From Dehalococcoidales bacterium (GTDB lineage: Bacteria > Chloroflexota > Dehalococcoidia > Dehalococcoidales > UBA2162): a stretch of DNA of 64,000 bases. The position numbers and the translations under genes are program-made. Within the stretch, counting starts at the first letter, position 1. Each line of letters starts with the position of its first letter. Below, piece after piece: positions 28,852-37,802 of the stretch. The stretch is taken from contig DAOUCV010000021.1 of the NCBI GenBank assembly GCA_034432095.1, positions 4,262 through 68,261 on the forward strand. Direction: 5' to 3'. The notes under the pieces are model-generated. The model was not told the origin of the DNA. It searched no databases and worked only from the letters and a program-made list of their open reading frames with translations.

Positions 28852-30057
28852 GTGCAACAGCTACCTCTTGAAGGCGTAAGGGTTGTTGATTTTACTACAG
28901 CCCAAGCCGGCGCTCATTGCACCCAGTGGCTCGGGGTGATGGGGGCAGAAGTTATTAAGATTGAGAGTAGGGTGCGCCCCGATGTTACCCGGCTCTCGTC
29001 TCGAGCTGAGACGCTGGACCAGAGCGCGTCGTTTGTTTCATTCAACAGCGGTAAGAAGAGTATTACCCTTAATATGAATCAGCCCAAGGCGGTGCAGATT
29101 GTCAAGGAGCTGGTCAAGCTCAGCGACGTAGTAACTGAGAACTTTGGCGGAGCAACGATGGAGCGCTGGGGGTTGGGATATCCGGAATTGAAGAGGCTTA
29201 AACCCGATATCATTGTCTTCGCAACCTCAGGTTACGGCAGAACCGGTCCCCGCAAGGAGTCCCCCGCCTTTGCCCCTGTTGTTGATGCCTTCTCCGGGTT
29301 ACTCTCGGTGAACGGTTATGTTGGCGGCATTCCCAATGTTGTAGGAAACAGGGGGTGGACAGATGCGATGGCGGCTGTGCACGGAGCGTTTGTTATTCTG
29401 GCTGCTCTGTATCACCGCTCAAACACAGGTGAGGGACAATACATAGACGCATCCATGACCGAACTGAATGCTAACGTACTCGGTGAACTGGTTATTGATT
29501 ACGCTATGAATGAGAGAGTGGCTCAACCTGTAGGGAATCGGGATAATATTATGGCTCCTCACGGTTGCTACCGTTGCCTTGGAGAAGACAAATGGGTAGC
29601 TGTTGCGGTCTCAAGTGAGCAGGAGTGGCAAGCCTTCTGTAATGCCCTGGGCAATCCCGAGTGGACAAAGAAAGAAGAGTTCAGTGATGGGCTGAGTCGG
29701 CTGAATAATCAGGAGGAACTGAACAGGCTGATAGAAGAATGGACAAAGCAGCATAGTCATTACGAAGTAATGGAGATATTGCAGAAGGTAGGCGTTATGG
29801 CAGGAGCGTGCCTTACTTTGGAGGAGTTAAAGAGTGACCGTCAATTGAGGGAGAGGGAGTTCCTGCTCGACATTGAGCAACCACTTATCGGGAAGCTATG
29901 CTTGTCCCGCATGCCTTGGAGGCTGAGCGGTACTCCTGGAGGAAATTACTACCGCGCCCCATTACTCGGCGAGCACAATAATTATGTTTTTGGTGAGTTA
30001 CTAGGCATGCCCGAGCAGGAGATAAGACGGCTGGAGGAAGAGAAAGTCATTTACTAA
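28852..30057 (+). CDS. family III CoA-transferase, copy 5
   Basis: VRVVDFTTAQAGAHCTQWLGVMGAEVIKIE, Asp block GWTDAMAA, and LGEHNNYVF. GTG start after GAGGAGGG. Confidence 0.9.
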   Translation: MQQLPLEGVRVVDFTTAQAGAHCTQWLGVMGAEVIKIESRVRPDVTRLSSRAETLDQSASFVSFNSGKKSITLNMNQPKAVQIVKELVKLSDVVTENFGGATMERWGLGYPELKRLKPDIIVFATSGYGRTGPRKESPAFAPVVDAFSGLLSVNGYVGGIPNVVGNRGWTDAMAAVHGAFVILAALYHRSNTGEGQYIDASMTELNANVLGELVIDYAMNERVAQPVGNRDNIMAPHGCYRCLGEDKWVAVAVSSEQEWQAFCNALGNPEWTKKEEFSDGLSRLNNQEELNRLIEEWTKQHSHYEVMEILQKVGVMAGACLTLEELKSDRQLREREFLLDIEQPLIGKLCLSRMPWRLSGTPGGNYYRAPLLGEHNNYVFGELLGMPEQEIRRLEEEKVIY

Positions 30058-30062
30058 TCAGC

Positions 30063-31307
30063 TTGGGAATAACGACTGGAAAAAGAGCGACTGGCATGAA
30101 CAGGCAAGCACTCACCGGTTTAAAGGTTCTCGAATACAGCCAGTCCGTGGCTGGTGATTACTGCGGAAAGCTTCTGGCTGATTTAGGTGCTGAGGTAATT
30201 AAGGTGGAAGAGCCTGGCTCTGGCGATAAGGTCAGAAGCTGGGGCCCCTTCCCGAAGGACATACCTCACCCGGAGAAAAGCGGCATGTTTCTGTTGCTTA
30301 ACACCAATAAGCTGGGGGTGACTCTCAATCTTAGGACGGCGACAGGGCTGAAGATTTTCAGGGAACTGGTACAGCGGGTTGACATTTTGGTGGAGAGCAA
30401 TCTGCCCCGTGAGATGAAACAGCTCGGTCTCGACTATGAAAGCCTCCACAAGCTCAATCCTGCGCTGGTGATGACCTCAATTACCGCCTTCGGTCAGACA
30501 GGACCCTACCGGGACTATAAAGGCTGTGACCTTATCAACTACAGTATGGGTGGAGGTGCTTATTACAACCCCGCGGAGGGGGTGGATAACGTTGAGGAGT
30601 TCCCCCCGTTAAAGGTGCCAGCCCACGGCACCGATTTTATGAGCGGGGCTAGCGCCGCGGTAAGTACAATGTCGGCGGTTATTGCCCGGAAGACATCTGG
30701 TCTGGGACAGCATGTGGACGTTTCGCAGCAAGAAGCTCTGACTTCCGTAGCGCGTAACCAAATTATTTCCTATTCCCAGACAGGTATGCTTACCTTCAGT
30801 AGGGCGAAACGAGGCGGGTCCAATCTGTTTCCCTGCAAGGACGGCTATGTGTGCCTGTATCTGATGGAGGATCTATTTTGGCCAAGCCTAAAGAAGATGC
30901 TGGGCAATCCAGATTGGACTAAGGAGGAGTGGTGCCAAGACCCCGCCAGACGCGCCCAGAATGCCAAAAAGTTCCATGAAGTATTGGTAGAGTGGACGAG
31001 TCAGCACACAATGGATGAGGTGTACCAGGCAGCGATTGCTAATCGCATTCCCTGCTCCCCGGTTCGCAGCGTAAAAGACCTGTTCACTGATGAGCAGTTG
31101 ACGGCACGGGATTTCTTTGTGGAGATTGACCACCCAGCAGCGGGCAGGCTTAAATATCCTGGAGCACCCTACAAACTTTCGGCAACCCCCTGGACAGTAA
31201 AGCGTCCTGCCCCTCTCCTCGGCGAGCACAATGAGAAAGTGTACTGCCAGATGCTAGGCTACACTCGGCAGGATTTGGTGAAGATGAGGGAGACCGGGGT
31301 AATCTAG
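30063..31307 (+). CDS. family III CoA-transferase, copy 6
   Basis: LLADLGAEVIKVE, TSITAFGQTGPY, Asp block GTDFMSG, and LGEHNEKVY. The start is uncertain (TTG 30063 or ATG 30096). Confidence 0.9.
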   Translation: MGITTGKRATGMNRQALTGLKVLEYSQSVAGDYCGKLLADLGAEVIKVEEPGSGDKVRSWGPFPKDIPHPEKSGMFLLLNTNKLGVTLNLRTATGLKIFRELVQRVDILVESNLPREMKQLGLDYESLHKLNPALVMTSITAFGQTGPYRDYKGCDLINYSMGGGAYYNPAEGVDNVEEFPPLKVPAHGTDFMSGASAAVSTMSAVIARKTSGLGQHVDVSQQEALTSVARNQIISYSQTGMLTFSRAKRGGSNLFPCKDGYVCLYLMEDLFWPSLKKMLGNPDWTKEEWCQDPARRAQNAKKFHEVLVEWTSQHTMDEVYQAAIANRIPCSPVRSVKDLFTDEQLTARDFFVEIDHPAAGRLKYPGAPYKLSATPWTVKRPAPLLGEHNEKVYCQMLGYTRQDLVKMRETGVI

Positions 31308-31548
31308 CAGACCATCAAGTCTAAGGAGGGTGGGACCGGCTCGGCAATCCTCTCCGCGGCTTTTGTCCGCCGCTAGAGCCAGGTGATTTTGCCCCTGAGC
31401 CACATCATTAAGACTCAGCTCCAATAGCCCCTACGCACGTGTCCTCGGTTTCATAAGTATTCTTTCCCCTAAGTGACCGGCGTCCCTTATTTCGGCTTTC
31501 CCATTCACAAGGTTAAGTTTGATGATAGGGGGATTTTTAATCATGCCC

Positions 31549-32517
31549 TTAAGCCTGGATACTGCACATAAATCCGTACGATTCTACCAGCCGTTTCATA
31601 TCCTGTAAGACACTGTCCGGAACGAGGGGAATGTGAGCTATAGGGTAGGGGCGGTTTAAGCTATCGTATCTTGTCTTCCCCAGATGGTGCAAAGGTATAA
31701 GGTGCACCTCAACTACTGAAGATAAACCCTGAGCAAACTCACAGATAGCTCTGATATTCTCTTCTGAGTCGTTGTAACCCGGGATTACCGGTACCCTTAT
31801 ATAGAGGGGGATATTTCTCTGGGAAACCGCCCGAGCGTTACTCAGAATTAGCTTGTTTGAGACGCCTGTCAATTCCTTATGTCTTTCTGGGTCCATATGC
31901 TTTATGTCCCAGAGAAAGAAATCGATGTAGGGCAACATCTGCTCAATGCTTGCCCAGGGGACATGACCGCAGGTATCAATTCCGACATTGATACCTTCTT
32001 CTTTCAAGCCCTGAAGCAATTTCAGCGTGAAGTCCGGGTTCAATAAGGGCTCTCCCCCCGAAAGGATGACTCCACCACCGGAGTGTCTATAAAAAGCTAT
32101 ATCCTTTTTCGCCTCCTCAAGCAACTCTTCAACAGTCATAGGTCGTCCCAGAAGCTTTATGGCTTCTGAGCTGCAGACTTCAGCACACTTGCCACAGTTG
32201 TTGCATAGAGACCGGTCAATACTTATTGTCCCATCTGCTAAGCTAATAGCATTCAGGGGGCATGCCGGGACACACTGGTCACAATGGATACATTTGCTCG
32301 GGTAGATAGCAATCTCAGGTTCAGCCTTTTGAGACTCTGGCGTCGAGCACCACAAACAGCGCAATGGGCACCCTTTGAAGTAGATGACGGTTCGTAGTCC
32401 AGGGCCATTATGAATAGTCATCCTGCTTATGGTCAGAACAAGCCGCTTTTGAGTAGCACTTTTTGACCTCATGATGGCCTGGTTCCAAATGCTGTTACCC
32501 GGTAAATGACGGGACAT
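31549..32517 (-). CDS. glycyl-radical enzyme activating enzyme (radical SAM, with two auxiliary ferredoxin-type clusters)
   Basis: GPGLRTVIYFKGCPLRCLWCSTPE (CX3CX2C), CIHCDQCVPACP, CNNCGKCAEVC and GGGVILSGGEP. ATG 32517 lies 1 nt after the GRE stop; the ORF is open to 32592, and ATG 32472 is an alternative. Confidence 0.85.
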   Translation of the reverse strand: MSRHLPGNSIWNQAIMRSKSATQKRLVLTISRMTIHNGPGLRTVIYFKGCPLRCLWCSTPESQKAEPEIAIYPSKCIHCDQCVPACPLNAISLADGTISIDRSLCNNCGKCAEVCSSEAIKLLGRPMTVEELLEEAKKDIAFYRHSGGGVILSGGEPLLNPDFTLKLLQGLKEEGINVGIDTCGHVPWASIEQMLPYIDFFLWDIKHMDPERHKELTGVSNKLILSNARAVSQRNIPLYIRVPVIPGYNDSEENIRAICEFAQGLSSVVEVHLIPLHHLGKTRYDSLNRPYPIAHIPLVPDSVLQDMKRLVESYGFMCSIQA

Positions 32518-32518
32518 T

Positions 32519-35047
32519 CTACCAGCCTTGGTGCTCTGTACGACTAATAATGTCCAGCTGTGCCGCTTCATCGAGGTCGACAAAGTAGGCAACGGTGCTA
32601 GCTACTCGAACCATCAGGTCCCTGTAGTTCTCTGGCTCCTTCATCGCCTTGCGCAATAGATCGCTTGAAATTACATTGAACTGGAAGTGATATACGCCCA
32701 GTTCCTCGACAGTTCTGAGAAAGGCTACGAAGTTGTCTATATCGCGATCAGTGGCAAGTAGCTGGGGACTTAGCCTCATATTCATTGGGCCGCCCAGGGC
32801 AAGCCGGTGCGTTGGCAGTTTGCTTACCGACTTCATAACGGCCGTGGGGCCATTCCTGTCCACGCCCTGGGACGGGGACATGGTATCAGCCAGAGGCTTT
32901 GGGTGGATATGGCCGTTGGGTAAAGCGCCAACTGTTCGCCCTGCGATAACGTTACCTCCCGCAACCACAGTTTTACCAAGCCACTTGCCGCCCCACCACG
33001 GAAGCAGGTTTGCCTGCGTGTTAACCCAATCTACGGCGTCCTGCCAAGTGTCCATCACCCAGGCTGCCCAGCTATCGGCAAAGTCATCGTCATTACCATA
33101 CTTGGGCACACTATTGATGCAGAGTTGCCTTAGGTCCTCATAGCCCTCCCAGTTAGCCTTGATTGCCTCAAGCAACTGGTCCCAGGTGACCTTTTTGTCA
33201 CGGTAGATTAACTTGTCAATCACTCCCAGAGAGTCGGCAGTGTCAGCTAGGCCGGAGAGTAATATGCCATACGTTGTGTACCATGCGCCGCCCTGAGTAA
33301 TGTCGCGACCCCTCTGCAAAGGCCCTTCCGCAAGTGCAGAGCTAAATGGGGCGGGAAACCACATAGACTGAGCCTCTTTCAAATACTTCACGCCTTCAAC
33401 ATAATACTTTACCCAGTAGAACACCTGTTCCCGGAAAGCCCGCCGCACCGCTTCTATTGATTCAAAAGTCCTGGGATCGCCAGTCGCGGGTCCTATTTGT
33501 CTGCCGCATATGGCGCACTTCCCGTTGTTCAGTACTAGCTCCACGAACTTTGGTACAATATTATCTCCCTCCCAGTTATGAGCCATAGTAATGTGAGGCA
33601 GGTCGGTTGCTGAACACCCTATCAGAACATACTCTCGCCAATCCTCAATGGTCAAATCAGGGTAGCCCTTGGATAACATCTGGATCGCTTTGCGGTCACC
33701 ACAGAACTTGGGCTTGCCCCGACCAAGACGGATTACTTCAGCGGCTTTTCTTAAATACTTGTCGGGTGTGCCCTCCCATATCCTCATCGCTGTTTCTGGC
33801 TGGATTATGCTCAGTTGCTCCTCAGCTTCCAGACAGAGCATGGTAACTTCGTTACAGGCATCTTTGCCATCACGAGTTTGCCCCCCGATGGTTAGGGACT
33901 GGGTTGCCTCTCTGGCACAGTCAAGCTTGGTATAAAAACACATCAGGAGTTCCAGAGCCTCTTCATGAGTCATTGTCTTATCGTCGATAACCGATTTTTT
34001 GTAGAAGGGGTACATATACTGGTCAAAGCGTCCAAAGGAGTTTACCTCTCCAGCGAGTTCACAATTAACGATGACGTGTATCATCCAGTTGGACTGCACT
34101 GCTTCCCACCAGTCTCGGGCGGGGTTTGCCGGTACCCAGTCACAAACCTCGGCGATACGCTCGAGCTCACGCCTGCGTACGGGATTGACCTCTTTTGCCG
34201 CCATCTCTCGTGCTAGGTCGGCATACCGCTTGGAATATGCCATAGCCGCGTCTAGTGTGATAAGGACTGCTTTGTAGAAGTCTCTTCTCTCTTGCACTTC
34301 GAAGTGCGTATATGGCTCGTCAAGTTGAGCCAAGTACCACTCTACCTCTTCCTTTATGCCTTTGAGACCTTTGTGAAGAACCTTTTCATTGTTGGGCATC
34401 TGATGGCCAGCGTCTCTCCACATTGATACACCGGCGTGATTAGGAATATGCGAGCAAGAAGAAGTCGTTGCAAAAGATTTTTCCAGTAGTTCGGGATTGA
34501 GATTTTTCAGATTGTAGTCGAGCAGGGTCTTTCCTTTGAAGTAGGGGAAAAGCACTTCCCGGATCTCTTTCTTCTCTTCGGGATGAATTACGCAGTTGAA
34601 CCGGGTCTCAAAATTCTTGATTGCCTCATCAGCGTCAAGTTCCACCGTCGGGTCAAGTATGGGAGGTGCACACTCCGCCCGATGCTGGCCTGTGAATGAC
34701 TCCTGGATATCCCAAATGCTGGCCCCCGTCGGATGGCTAGTCAAACCGGAAATGGTAATACCCCGAACCTTGCTATTCACATTGCCTACAATGAGTTCCT
34801 CGTCCAGTATGTAGATGGTCTTATCTCTTAGATATGTCTCCAGGAAACGTGCGCGCTGAATGATTCTGGGCTCATCCTTATATTGCTCTAGGGTCTTCAT
34901 CTCAGCGCGAGCACGCTCCAAGCAGATCTCTGGCGTTTGGAGAGCACGTTGCTTTGCTTTCTTGATGCGCTCAGAATAGGTCGGCACGAAGAACTCCTGC
35001 CAGCTACCTACATCTTGAACCTTTGTGTTGCCTAATACAATCGCCAT
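32519..35047 (-). CDS. PFL2-type glycyl radical enzyme homologue lacking the conserved radical glycine
   Basis: 842 aa. GRE blocks are present: LTIGGQTRDGKDACNE, thiyl-loop candidate LIGC(478)SAT, VGALPNGH...PLADTMSPSQGVDRNGPTAV, and a C-terminal glycyl-radical domain ending DIISRTEHQGW. That domain reads RVAS(817)TVAYF instead of RV[AS]GY[ST]A. Confidence 0.85.
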   Translation of the reverse strand: MAIVLGNTKVQDVGSWQEFFVPTYSERIKKAKQRALQTPEICLERARAEMKTLEQYKDEPRIIQRARFLETYLRDKTIYILDEELIVGNVNSKVRGITISGLTSHPTGASIWDIQESFTGQHRAECAPPILDPTVELDADEAIKNFETRFNCVIHPEEKKEIREVLFPYFKGKTLLDYNLKNLNPELLEKSFATTSSCSHIPNHAGVSMWRDAGHQMPNNEKVLHKGLKGIKEEVEWYLAQLDEPYTHFEVQERRDFYKAVLITLDAAMAYSKRYADLAREMAAKEVNPVRRRELERIAEVCDWVPANPARDWWEAVQSNWMIHVIVNCELAGEVNSFGRFDQYMYPFYKKSVIDDKTMTHEEALELLMCFYTKLDCAREATQSLTIGGQTRDGKDACNEVTMLCLEAEEQLSIIQPETAMRIWEGTPDKYLRKAAEVIRLGRGKPKFCGDRKAIQMLSKGYPDLTIEDWREYVLIGCSATDLPHITMAHNWEGDNIVPKFVELVLNNGKCAICGRQIGPATGDPRTFESIEAVRRAFREQVFYWVKYYVEGVKYLKEAQSMWFPAPFSSALAEGPLQRGRDITQGGAWYTTYGILLSGLADTADSLGVIDKLIYRDKKVTWDQLLEAIKANWEGYEDLRQLCINSVPKYGNDDDFADSWAAWVMDTWQDAVDWVNTQANLLPWWGGKWLGKTVVAGGNVIAGRTVGALPNGHIHPKPLADTMSPSQGVDRNGPTAVMKSVSKLPTHRLALGGPMNMRLSPQLLATDRDIDNFVAFLRTVEELGVYHFQFNVISSDLLRKAMKEPENYRDLMVRVASTVAYFVDLDEAAQLDIISRTEHQGW

Positions 35048-35135
35048 TTCCGCCTCCTTTTCAGTTAAAAAATGCCTGCAATTGCAACCGAATCTTGAAC
35101 CAACACGTGATAATTTCCTGTCAGTTCTTACTTAC

Positions 35136-35166
35136 ATTATACAGCACAACAAACTCACACAGCCAA
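35136..35166 (-). promoter_or_regulatory. candidate promoter of the GRE operon
   Basis: On the minus strand: TTGGCT (35166-35161), 19-nt spacer, TATAAT (35141-35136) preceded by TG. A perfect palindrome TGCAATTGCA (35077-35086) lies between it and the RBS GGAGGCGG. Confidence 0.4.
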
Positions 35167-35443
35167 CCTACCACGAGTTCATAGTTACCCTCCAAGGTCG
35201 GTTATTCTTAAGCCCACCTGAAAAAAATCTATAGTTACTTGACGTGTAGCCTTCCATATACTTTGTTGCCCTCTGCTTGTTGCAACTCCCAAATGCCCTT
35301 TTCACCGTGACTAAGTAACCGACAATTTCTTCAATTGTTAGTAGCATGTTAAAGAGCTAACATTTTTTCCTCGTGCAGCTTACCGCCACTGGGAACTTTG
35401 CCTAGTCCTCCACACTATATGGTAAGTCTGTACGATGCTGGGC

Positions 35444-37297
35444 CTAGTATCCCATAGACTTCTTCAGGTCCTGGTCAATCCAGCTGTACAGGTAGTAGTC
35501 AGCTCCGTTCCACAAACCTATTGACGTTTCACCGCTGTAACCCTTTAACCACGGCTGCCAGGCCCTGTACACATATGGTGTTGCGATCGGTATTATATAG
35601 CTCTGGTCAACAATGTATGGATAGACCTCCTTGATCAATCTGGCCTCTTCGGCCTTGTCGAACCAAGCGGCGGTGACATCCTCAAATGCCTTATCAATAC
35701 GTGGGTCATAAATATTGCCAGCGTTCACGGGCATTCCCGTCCTCCAAACGTAGAACTCGTATGGTGCCTCAGTCATCGTGTTCTGGAAGGCACATCCTGG
35801 ATATGTCCTCTTCGCGCCCACCAGCATAGACATATAGATACCATAGTCCAGCACTTGAATTTCCGCGTCAACGCCGATTTTAGCCCAGTCGGCTACAATT
35901 ATGGACAAGAAGTCCGCCTGGCCCAAGGTGCAAATTATACTGGTCTTAAAGCCATTGGGATAACCGGCTTCAGCCAGGAGCTGCTTTGCCTTATCCGGGT
36001 GATACTCAAATAGCTCCCTGGCTGACTGGGGATACTCCTCAAACGGGATGAACCACTGCTTAAGTTCTGGCAGTATTGGATAGGCGAATGTCTCAGCACG
36101 ACCCTTATAGTATTGGTCTTTTATTACCTGCCTATCTATAGCCATAGATAAGGCCCGCCGGACCTTGATGTCACTAAAAGGCGTCTGGTCCACCCTCATG
36201 TATATCGTCGAGGTCGCTTCAGCCAGATACTCTCGCCATTTCAGTTGTGGGGCAGTCCTCTTTAAAGACTCTGCAGTGTCAAATGCAAACTCCTCTTTGC
36301 CCAAACCGTCAACCGCGCCGGTGCGCAGGGCGGCTTGTCGGGTAGACGCATCTGGTATGACCAGTATCTTAGCGCCATCCGGATAGGGCATGGTGTCCTC
36401 TGGAAAAAGAGGATGCTTCCGCCAGTAGTTAGGATTCCTGACAAAGGTTGCCACAGAACCTCGGACGTAATCCGTCAGTATATATGGCCCAGTACCAACG
36501 TTATTTCTCCAATCACGCATGTCTCCGTATTTATCAATCACTTCATGCGGAATTACAAAGATACAATCACCAACTCTAAGCCATACTCTTGAGAACCATC
36601 CCGGCTTAGTCTTCACGACAACCGTCCACTTGTCAGGTGCTGTTACCGATTCTACAGACTGGTCATAGGGACAAAACATAGCTTGCGGACTCATGGGGTT
36701 TTTCCACATGCGCAGGAGGGAAAACACCACATCCTCAGCGTTCACCTCCCTACCACCCACCAGTCGGCTCGCCTCGCTGGCCGGGTTAAGTGCAAAGTGA
36801 ACCCCTTTGCGCATGTGGAGGACAATGGTGGTTTGATCCGGCCACTCCCAGCTTTCAGCCAAAAGGGGAGCCGGATAGAATCGGGGCTCCGAAGAACGGA
36901 GAAAAGGGAATTCACCAGTGCCTGATGGCCCCCTTGTATAGTCACCGGTGAGTGGTTCCTCACAAGTGAGAGAATTGGCAGTACACTGTACATTCAGGCG
37001 GTAAGCATCATCAAAGTGCTCTGGGTCTGATGCCAACGCCCACTTCAATATTCCGCCATATTTAGGCTTTTCCACCAATTTCTCAACTACTGTCCCATCC
37101 CCTTTCTTCAGCCTCAACTTCACCATCTCCGGTCCCGCTTCCTCTTCGACTGCTTCTTCCACTGGTTTTTCTTCCGCTACTACTACTTCTGCTTTCCCGA
37201 CCTCTACTTTTTTCGCCGCTTCTTTCGGGGCACAGGATGCTATCACCAGAGATAGCACCATCAGACTGCTCACCACCACCCACACGACCTTTTTCAT
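35444..37297 (-). CDS. ABC transporter substrate-binding lipoprotein, family 5, paralogue 2
   Basis: MKKVVWVVVSSLMVLSLVIASCAPKE lipobox, an acidic linker, and C-terminus DLKKSMGY. RBS GAGGAGG. Confidence 0.85.
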   Translation of the reverse strand: MKKVVWVVVSSLMVLSLVIASCAPKEAAKKVEVGKAEVVVAEEKPVEEAVEEEAGPEMVKLRLKKGDGTVVEKLVEKPKYGGILKWALASDPEHFDDAYRLNVQCTANSLTCEEPLTGDYTRGPSGTGEFPFLRSSEPRFYPAPLLAESWEWPDQTTIVLHMRKGVHFALNPASEASRLVGGREVNAEDVVFSLLRMWKNPMSPQAMFCPYDQSVESVTAPDKWTVVVKTKPGWFSRVWLRVGDCIFVIPHEVIDKYGDMRDWRNNVGTGPYILTDYVRGSVATFVRNPNYWRKHPLFPEDTMPYPDGAKILVIPDASTRQAALRTGAVDGLGKEEFAFDTAESLKRTAPQLKWREYLAEATSTIYMRVDQTPFSDIKVRRALSMAIDRQVIKDQYYKGRAETFAYPILPELKQWFIPFEEYPQSARELFEYHPDKAKQLLAEAGYPNGFKTSIICTLGQADFLSIIVADWAKIGVDAEIQVLDYGIYMSMLVGAKRTYPGCAFQNTMTEAPYEFYVWRTGMPVNAGNIYDPRIDKAFEDVTAAWFDKAEEARLIKEVYPYIVDQSYIIPIATPYVYRAWQPWLKGYSGETSIGLWNGADYYLYSWIDQDLKKSMGY

Positions 37298-37413
37298 CTT
37301 GAGTTAACCTCCTCTCTTGGCACTGTAATGTCCTTGACTATTATCCTTTACCATTTCAGTTGTCTTGTCTCAGTAATGCACCTCCTTTGCCAAGAGATTG
37401 TCTCCATTAAACC

Positions 37414-37462
37414 AAAAGGACACCGGCAACCGCCATAATACTTAGCGGTTCTGATGTCCTTT
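37414..37462 (-). promoter_or_regulatory. terminator-like hairpin inside the SBP2 5' leader (candidate attenuator)
   Basis: The sense strand reads AAAGGACAtcaGAACCGC...GCGGTTgccggTGTCCTTTTggttt. The inner helix is identical to the SBP1 copy, and the outer helix is changed on both arms. Confidence 0.5.
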
Positions 37463-37521
37463 ATTGCATCGTCCTACCTCTCCGTCTTTAGGTGATTTTT
37501 ACCTTTTCTACTTGTGGCACC

Positions 37522-37550
37522 AGTTTAACCTTGTTCTCGGGATTTGTCAA
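37522..37550 (-). promoter_or_regulatory. sigma70-like promoter of SBP2
   Basis: On the minus strand: TTGACA (37550-37545), 17-nt spacer, TAAACT (37527-37522). Confidence 0.5.
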
Positions 37551-37802
37551 GCAGAGTTAGTCCCCGAACGGCCGAGCAATTCTGGCTTCGACTGCACAAA
37601 ATGAGTAAACGTTTCCTCCCCCTTCTGTCAATAATCACCCCTGCTGCCTTGATAATGTGGCGGTAAGGCTCACAGGCGCTCGGTGAGCCGGTGGGCATTG
37701 TGGCCGGTTTTGGATGCGCGCAAACAAATTGTAGAAAATAAGCTAGAAAGGTGCTATGATAAAAGACGGTGTCAAAAAAAGCCAGAAGGAGGTAGTATTT
37801 AA

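Noticed and set aside
32582-32608. Possibility that the missing radical glycine of the GRE is a sequencing error.
   Set aside because: This is rejected as the sole explanation. Converting S-T-V back to G-Y-S needs changes in three adjacent codons while the reading frame and flanking consensus are intact. Read-level confirmation is still recommended.
35168-35347. 59-aa minus-strand ORF between SBP2 and the GRE (MLLTIEEIVGYLVTVKRAF...RPWRVTMNSW). Its N-terminus faintly recalls excisionase-type HTH proteins.
   Set aside because: There is no SD at a usable distance, and the central part does not fit the HTH_17 pattern. The ORF runs into the predicted GRE promoter. The evidence is too weak to call a gene.
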